From Macrostomum hystrix (Eukaryota; Animalia; Platyhelminthes), in the NCBI GenBank assembly GCA_950097015.1, contig CATNEN010000038.1:31372001-31436000 (forward strand): a stretch of DNA of 64,000 nucleotides, given 5' to 3'. The notes beneath the pieces were generated by a model. It was not told the DNA's origin. It ran no database searches and saw nothing but the letters and a program-made list of their open reading frames with translations. The translations under genes were made by a program, and so were the position numbers. Below are positions 55,901 to 64,000 of this stretch, in pieces (position 1 is the stretch's first letter; each line of letters opens with the position of its first letter).

Positions 55901-58900
55901 ACACGGGGGAGATGAGACACGGGAGAGATGAGACACGGGAGACATGAGACACGGGAGAGATGAGACACGGGAGAGATGAGACACGGGAGAGATGAGACAC
56001 GGGGAGAGATGAGACACGGGAGAGATGAGACACAGGGAGAGATGAGACACGGGAGAGATGAGACACGGGGAGAGATGAGACACGGGAGACATGAGACACG
56101 GGAGACATGAGACACGGGAGACATGAGACACAGGAGAGATGAGACACGGGAGACATGAGACACGGGAGACATGAGACACGGGAGAGATGAGACACGGGAG
56201 ACATGAGACACGGGAGACATGAGACACGGGAGAGATGAGACACGGGAGAGATGAGACACGGGAGAGATGAGACACGGGAGAGATGAGACACGGGAGACAT
56301 GAGACACGGGAGAGATGAGACACGGGAGAGATGAGACACGGGGGAGATGAGACACGGGAGAGATGAGACACGGGAGACATGAGACACGGGAGAGATGAGA
56401 CACGGGAGAGATGAGACACGGGGGAGATGAGACACGGGAGAGATGAGACACGGGGGAGATGAGACACGGGAGAGATGAGACACGGGAGAGATGAGACACG
56501 GGAGACATGAGACACGGGAGAGATAAGACTCAGAAGAGATGAGACACAAGAGACATGAGACACGGGAGAGATGAGACACGGGAGAGATGAGACACGGGAG
56601 AGATGAGACACGGGGGAGATGAGACACGGGAGAGATGAGACACGGGAGACATGAGACACGGGAGAGATGAGACACGGGAGAGATGAGACACGGGGGAGAT
56701 GAGACACGGGAGAGATGAGACACGGGGGAGATGAGACACGGGAGAGATGAGACACGGGAGAGATGAGACACGGGAGACATGAGACACGGGAGAGATAAGA
56801 CTCAGAAGAGATGAGACACAAGAGACATGAGACACGGGAGAGATGAGACACGGGAGAGATGAGACACGGGAGAGATGAGACACGGGAGACATGAGACACG
56901 GGAGAGATGAGACACGGGAGAGATAAGACTCAGAAGAGATGAGACACAAGAGACATGAGACACGGGAGAGATAAGACACGGGAGAGATAAGACTCAGAAG
57001 AGATGAGACACGGGAGACATGAGACACGGGAGAGATGAGACACGGGAGACATGAGACACGGGAGAGATAAGACACGGGAGACATGACAAACGGGAGAGAT
57101 AAGATTCAGGAGACATGAGACACGGGAGAGATGAGACACGGGAGAGATAAGACACGGGAGACATGACAAACGGGAGAGATAAGATTCAGGAGACATGAGA
57201 CACGGGAGACATGAGACACGGGAGAGATGAGACACGGGAGAGATGAGACACGGGGAGAGATGAGACACGGGAGAGATGAGACACAGGGAGAGATGAGACA
57301 CGGGAGAGATGAGACACGGGGAGAGATGAGACACGGGAGACATGAGACACGGGAGACATGAGACACGGGAGACATGAGACACAGGAGAGATGAGACACGG
57401 GAGACATGAGACACGGGAGACATGAGACACGGGAGAGATGAGACACGGGAGACATGAGACACGGGAGACATGAGACACGGGAGAGATGAGACACGGGAGA
57501 GATGAGACACGGGAGAGATGAGACACGGGAGAGATGAGACACGGGAGACATGAGACACGGGAGAGATGAGACACGGGAGAGATGAGACACGGGGGAGATG
57601 AGACACGGGAGAGATGAGACACGGGAGACATGAGACACGGGAGAGATGAGACACGGGAGAGATGAGACACGGGGGAGATGAGACACGGGAGAGATGAGAC
57701 ACGGGGGAGATGAGACACGGGAGAGATGAGACACGGGGGAGATGAGACAGGAGAGAGATGAGTCTAAGATGTGTATTAAAACACGCGCGCATACTCCACC
57801 CGGCCTGCAGGTAACAGCGTTTCGCGAATTCCACGTGGATTTCTCGCACGAGCTGCTAGATGTTGGCCTGGTTGTTTTGATCAACCGGCCGCAGAAGCTG
57901 AACCTACACGCCAGCCGAGGCATCGGTTTCTACCTGGGTGTCTTCGACGCCGGAGTGTGGTGCACAGGGATGGCCGTGTTCTTCATCACCAGCCTCCTGC
58001 TGCACCTGAATTATCGGCGGAATCCGCGAGAGGCCCAGGCCCGCCTAGTTGAGCACGCCACTTCGGGTGGCTCGGCTGCCGTGGCCGGTTCCAGGACTGG
58101 AGCCTCGTCGGCTGCGGCGATGAGTCACCAATTCAGCCTTGCTGGTTGCGTGTTTTATACGTTTAGCACCGGCTGCTTTCAGGGTGCGTTCAACTGCAGA
58201 GCCTAACTCTTCTGAGCTCTGTCTAACTCTTCTGAGCTCTGTCTAACTCTTCTGAGCTCTGTCTAACTCTTCTGAGCTCTGTCTAACTCTTCTGAGCTCT
58301 GTCTAACTCTTCTGAGCTCTGTCTAACACTTCTGAGCTCTGTCTAACTCTTCTGAGCTCTGTCTAACACTTCTGAGCTCTGTCTAACACTTCTGAGCTCT
58401 GTCTAACACTTCTGAGCTCTCTGTCTAACACTTCTGAGCTCTGTCTAACTCTTCTGAGCTCTGTCTAACACTTCTGAGCTCTGTCTAACACTTCTGAGCT
58501 CTGTCTAACACTTCTGAGCTCTGTCTAACACTTCTGAGCTCTCTGTCTAACACTTCTGAGCTCTGTCTAACACTTCTGAGCTCTCTATCTTGAAAATTTG
58601 AAAGATCTATCTTACAATTTTGAATATCTAACAGTTTTGAATATCTAACAGTTTTGAATATCTAGCAGTTTTGAATATCTAACAGTTTTGAATATCTAAC
58701 AGTTTTAAATATCTAACAGTTTTGAATATCTAACAGTTTTGAATATCTAGCAGTTTTGAATATCTAGCAGTTTTGAATATCTAGCAGTTTTGAATATCTA
58801 GCAGTTTTGAATATCTAACAGTTTTGAATTATCTGTCTAAAAGTATCCAAGCTCTGTCTTACACTCCTGAATCTGGTCCACCAGTTTAGAAGAATACTAA

Positions 58901-60324
58901 AAAAATCGAATTCAACCACAAGCATTTTCACGTGCGATCGTTTCAGGCTATGAAAAGGCTCCAAAGTCTCTCGCCGGTCGCTGCATCAGCTTGGCTTGGT
59001 GGGCCTTCGTTAGCATTTTCGCCGCCACCTACACTGCCGGCTTTCTATGCGCCCTGATAGCCAGCAACACTACCAACGATGACACATTCGCCTACCTCGA
59101 TGCCAGAGATCAGTACAAGATGGACTCTAGCGCGATGCAATCCTTCGTGCCTCTGTGGATCACTGGCGGCAGCACGGAGGCCTTCATGCGGTCGTCTGAT
59201 GAGCCGATTTTTAGACTATTCTACAACCTGAGCCAGGTGGCGGCGAAGCGGGATCCCAATCTAGCCAATGGGATTCGCAATACCAGCCAGCTAGTAGACA
59301 TTCTGAGCAAGTCGCATCATTACCTTGGCATTCTCGAATCGCCGCTAGCTGACTATTTCGCCAAGCGCAGCAATTGCCGCCTGGTGGTGGCCGGCAGTTT
59401 GCTCAGCGACCGCAGCTACGCGATGGCCTTCAACCAGACAGACGAGGGTCACAAGCTGAAGAACCAGGTCAACTCCGTGCTGCTCGAACTGCGCGAGTCC
59501 GGCTTCATCCGGCAGACCTACAGGAAGCACTTCGGCGGTCAGCTGTCGGTTTGTCGCGAACTGCAGTCCGACGGTGACAGTACCAGCCATGACTCGGTGC
59601 TGGCGCTCAGTCTGGCAGGCGAGGAGCTGGCTAGAATGTTTCGCGACAGTCTGCCAATCACGATGAAGACCTTCTGCGGCGTGCTAGTGATGTACATCCT
59701 GGGAGTGCTAATCGCGGCAGCCCTCAGCGTCATTGACGCCTACATTTTCAGCAAGACTGCCAATAGTCGAGTGAGTCTGCGGACTGGTTGGTCGACACAC
59801 CGACCTGAGTGTATACTAATCAAGTAGCCAAATAGTCCATGTAGATTAGCTTTATCGTAGCTACAGTGGTCATTGTAAGAAAGTCTGGGGAATCTTACTC
59901 TTAACTATTTAGTCTTTAGCAGGAGAGAAAGACTACGCGGGGGTATTTCAAATACCGGCTGCAAACTTCACGATATCTCCCAAACCAAATGACCGATTTT
60001 TACAAAAGTCCACCATACGGATAAACAAGCTTTCAAAGCAGAAAAAATTATGCGTAAATTGATGGTTTGTGCCACCACACACGCCGACGAGAATCGTTGA
60101 ATATCTCGACGATGAAGATGTTTTGTGTTTTTTTAATGGAACTCTCTACTATCAAACTGTCAAAAATCTAATTTTCACATTTTTTTTATTTGCAGCATGC
60201 CCAAGTGCTTCGCAACGTACCAGACGATGAGCCTACGTTTAGGTCATTGTCCTATGCTGACGAACATCGCCAGCAACAGCAGCAGCAGCAGAACGACACT
60301 CCTTCAATGCAACCAGCTGAATGA
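52901..60324 (+). CDS. Divergent ionotropic glutamate receptor-like subunit lacking the ATD; exons 52901-52907, 53084-53166, 54282-54512, 57811-58183, 58947-59770, 60196-60324
   Basis: Signal peptide then S1 (YSGFIPDVV..YGA..WTGLIGEV..DFAAAPLT|VTAFRE..VDFS), M1, pore loop FSTGCFQG, PKSLAGR, M3 ATYTAGFLCAL, S2 ILES..YAMAF..LLELRESG, M4; phases consistent. Confidence 0.85.
53245..54251. repeat. 21-bp intronic minisatellite (CTGTCTCACCGATCTGACTGA)
   Basis: About 48 units in intron 53167-54281. Confidence 0.95.
54546..57762. repeat. 16-bp intronic minisatellite (GAGATGAGACACGGGA) with higher-order duplications
   Basis: About 200 units; identical variant blocks at offsets 707 and 1958 (visible in the ORF track). 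Confidence 0.95.
58203..58585. repeat. 20-bp intronic minisatellite (CTCTTCTGAGCTCTGTCTAA)
   Basis: Read directly. Confidence 0.95.
58617..58829. repeat. 17-bp intronic minisatellite (TTTTGAATATCTA(A/G)CAG)
   Basis: Read directly. Confidence 0.95.
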
Positions 60325-60839
60325 GTGCCCGACGAGCTGGCCTGATATGGAATTGCTTAAAGATTTGAAAAACTGGTTACTGGTTACTATAATTACATTT
60401 TTAACAAAACGAAACTGATATTAGCATTACATTGTTGCGATGTCTACCAAACATTTTAACGCCATTTACATTCACATCATTTTGAGGCTTAAAACATTAG
60501 ATTCCATTTATTATATGTTTGACTTATCCATTTGTTGCTAACAACTTTTCACTGCTTGAACTATTTAATTACAGCTGTTGTTCGTGCAAAAAATTCAAAC
60601 AGAAAAATTGAAACAAATTAACTTTAGCTAGCTTGTCATCTTCGTTTTCAGCTATATTGGTACTCGTACTTAATAATGATAAAAGAGAAATATAAGGCAA
60701 AATCGTTTTCTAATATTTAGTGCAAAATGCTTTTTTGTGAACTTTTAATTTTTGTATTTAGTTTTAAGTAAGTAAAACTATAATTACCCCAGCTCAATCA
60801 CCGATAAAATGTATAAAAATATGTTTTGCCCGTCGGTGC

Positions 60840-60987
60840 TAAAAACTATTATTGACAGATGATAAAGTATGCTGCATTATTATATAAAAACTATTATTGA
60901 CATATGATAAAGTATGCTGCATTATTATATAAAAACTATTATTGACATATGATAAAGTATGCTGCATTACTATATAAAAACTATTAT
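60840..60987. repeat. 46-bp x3 AT-rich tandem repeat between the convergent receptor genes
   Basis: Read directly. Confidence 0.85.
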
Positions 60988-61342
60988 AAAATAAAAACAA
61001 AATGTTCTTATGCATCTGATTAATGAAACGAACTAAGCAAAAGTGTCTAAAATGTTCTATTGCGCGCAATTCAATAAATTTCAAATTATTGCACGTGCAG
61101 TGCACTGCTTGGTAAAACAAAAAAATAACGATTAAACAACAATCGAAGGAAACCAAAAAAGCAACTAGACTATAATAAAGTTATTTCACTTTCCATCCAA
61201 TTGTAGGAATATATTTTATTACGGCAGAATAAAAATAGACAGAAACGCAATCAGATGAAATAGAACTACTGAAGTAGTATAGCAGAAATATGTTGTCAAA
61301 AATGATATTGCGTGTTATCAGGTCTCTAGACCGACTTCAGCA

Positions 61343-63898
61343 TCAATCGTCCGACATCGAAGCGGCGGTCAGCGAGATGTTAGCTGCGGACTCGGTGACC
61401 TTGCGGCGACAATTACCACGTCCGCTGGCCTGCATGATTTTGAGGTCGAAGTGAGTCGAGTGAATGGGCTAGGTCACAGGATGAATAGGTAAATTAGCTA
61501 CTGTCTGTTCTTTTAGATAACATTTTTTAGTAAAGTTACGCATAGATGCTTTTACGATATCGTGTACATGGAATAAACTTCCATATTCAATGTGGATTGA
61601 ATATTGGGGAAGAGTGGCAGATCAGTCTAACGCGTTTGCCTCTCGCACCAAGGTCACTGAGCTCGATTCCGCGGCGAGGCCACATTCAGTTGTGACGCAA
61701 CTGCGGAGAGAAGGCTTGGGGGACTCTACAATAAGAGACGAGAGTGTACACTGCCTGACAATGAGAAAGTCAGGGCAGATGTACACACCTTTGTGAGTGT
61801 GTGCCTGCGTATGGTGTGCTCAGGAGTCGGCGAAATTGGCAGAACTGCCTCCTCTCTGGCTACAGGTCTTGTGTCACTGAACGATGTGCCATGGCCGACA
61901 GCCCTCGAAAATACAATTATGAATGCGGTATGAAGAGCTCTCTAAAAACCGATTTGGCGAATCCATATTGGTTTAATAATATATATTTTAACAAAATATT
62001 AATAATAGCCGAGATGGCTGCATGATGACATTTTGTGAGCAGAAAAATTAAGCCTACTAGTACGAGTATATTGGTGTTTTTGCCACCAGACACCCCGACG
62101 AGAATCGTTGAATATCTCGACGATGCCGATATTTTGTGTTTCTGGAAGTTGTTTTTTATCGGATAGAGCAAAAAATTTCAGCCCTTGTTCTGCATTTTAA
62201 TTGCGATTGGTTGAATAGTTTACAAGATGCAAAAAAGTTCTAATGTGGACATTTGAAATATCCCCGTGGTGTCTGTACTGTTCAGACGATACAAAGACTG
62301 CAAACAGTTAACTAAGAGCTCAAAGAAATTGCGACACCTTTCTATTCTTCTCGCACAGGTGATAGATTACAATGTCGCCAAGCAGAGCCACACTAGCCAG
62401 GCCCACACCGCTGAAGTACAGAATCAGCGGGCCGGAGAAGCTGCTGAGGGTGACAGGAATGCTGCCGCGGAACATTCTAGCCAGCACTTCGCCAACCTCG
62501 GAGATCTGACTGCGGGCGGAGGCCTCCATCTTGGTGCCGCAGAGGCTGCCGGGTGAGCCGAAGTACTTTCTGTAGGTATCAAGGATGTAGCCTGATTCTT
62601 TCAGGCGGAGAATCTCAAGATTGAATCGGCCCGTGAGGCTGGAATTCTCGGCGAATGCGAACGCGTAGCTTTTGTCGTTGGTGAGGTCGCCGAGGATTAT
62701 AATCTCACACTCGGTTTTCTTCACATAATAGTCGGCCATCGGGGCCTCCATAACGCCTAGAATCTGCGTGTCCTTCAGCACCAGATCGATTAGATCTCGC
62801 ATAGAATAGACTTCCAGTTCCGGCTGTTTCTTCAGCGCCGCCTGGTGCTTCCTGTTGAACTGCTGGAACAGCGCCTCGGTTGTGGTGCCAAAGAAGTGGT
62901 CAGTACTGCCGCCCTTAATCCAGGCCGGCGTGAAATCCTTCAAATAGTCCGGATCCGAGCTGAATCGGTCGCGAATATTGATCATCGGCGCGTACATGTG
63001 CCGACTCTTGGAACCCTCCGTGGCCACCAGGGCGCAGAGGAAGCCTCCGGTGTACGTGGCTGCGAAGATGGCGACGAACAGCCACCAGACGGCGCTGATG
63101 CAACGGCCGGCCAGTGAGCGAGGCCACTTGCTGAAGCCTGGAAGACGGCAGAAGTCCTGGTATGGGATCTGGGACTTTTGGTCTATACAGACTTTCCCAA
63201 TAAATCTTTTATCCCAAGTTTGGGATAAAAGTCTAGTTTTGGGACCCGAATTCATGGTGTTTTAAAAAAATGGTGGAATAATTTTTGGGATTTCAATTCA
63301 ACTTTAACTTAAAATATCTAGCTTGTGCCGAGTAGCTTAAATCAAGGATTCAAGCTAATTAGATGAGAAGGTGAAATAACAGTTCAGGGGTGAGCGGCAG
63401 CACGGTTAACCCTTCTGCCTCTCGCACCAACGTCCCTCAGCTCGATTCCGCGGCGAGGCCACATTCATTTGTTGTGCAGCCGCGGAGAGCTTGGGGGGAC
63501 TCCATAGTGAGAGACGAGAATGTACAACTGCCTGACGATGAGAAAGTCAGGGCAGATGTACACACCTGTGTGAGTGTGTGCCTGCTTATGGAATCTGTTT
63601 GCGTGTGGAGTCAGCAGAATAGGCAGAATTGCCTCTTTGCTGGCTGCAAGTCTATTTCCTGTAATTATAGTTATTATTATAAGTACAGATAGATCACCGC
63701 ATTGTTAAATCTGGAGAATTAAAAATCCGAGGATATTAGCCCATCTCACCCTGATAGCATCCGGTGCTGACCACGTAGAATATGGTCTGCACAAATGAAG
63801 TCCTGCCGTTGGACCCTTGGCCGCCTACATCAATGTCCTCCTCAATGGTGTCGTTGCCAACAATGCCCAATGTTGATGGTCTAGATGGCTGCCGATGC

Positions 63899-63930
<32 letters not shown>

Positions 63931-64000
63931 ATGTTGACGCGAGTACTCGAGGCTGGTGTTTGACGCAACAGAGGCGTTCTCGCGTGGATTGTACCTGAAA
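61343..64000 (-). CDS. Second iGluR-like paralog (3' part); exons ~63994-63750, 63137-62338, probable last exon 61468-61343
   Basis: YVVSTGCYQ|GFSKWPRSLAGRCISAVWWLFVAIFAATYTGGFLCAL...VMEAPMADY..SYAFAF..LKESG; these intron positions match gene 52901-60324. Confidence 0.85.
61606..61920 (+). mobile_element. SINE family A, full length
   Basis: tRNA-like head (AGTGGCAGA..., GCTCGATTCC B-box variant), central hairpin, shared tail. Confidence 0.8.
63386..63682 (+). mobile_element. SINE family A, near full length
   Basis: Homologous to 61606-61920; (TTA)n tail. Confidence 0.8.

Overview
Eukaryotic (metazoan) genomic DNA with spliceosomal GT-AG introns. The gene content, tRNA/CORE-SINEs and minisatellite-packed introns suggest a free-living flatworm such as Macrostomum; this is an inference and was not verified. 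Genes reconstructed by hand from splice sites and reading-frame phase: a partial secreted-protein first exon (-), a PKNOX/Prep TALE homeobox gene (-), a plasma-membrane Ca2+-ATPase (PMCA, -) with a candidate 9-nt microexon and two alternative C-terminal exons, a TEX33-like gene (-), a non-catalytic neurotactin-like cholinesterase-fold type II membrane protein (+), and two convergent divergent ionotropic glutamate-receptor-like paralogs, the complete one lacking an amino-terminal domain. Mobile DNA: a 4.2-kb CACTA/EnSpm-type element with a DUF4806-like ORF and three tRNA-derived SINE families. Main observation: most large introns carry their own private minisatellite, and in many cases the unit contains 7-15-nt segments that are the reverse complement of the neighbouring exon(s) or 5' splice site of the same pre-mRNA, giving multicopy cis-antisense arrays. 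The matches were found by eye and still need a statistical test.
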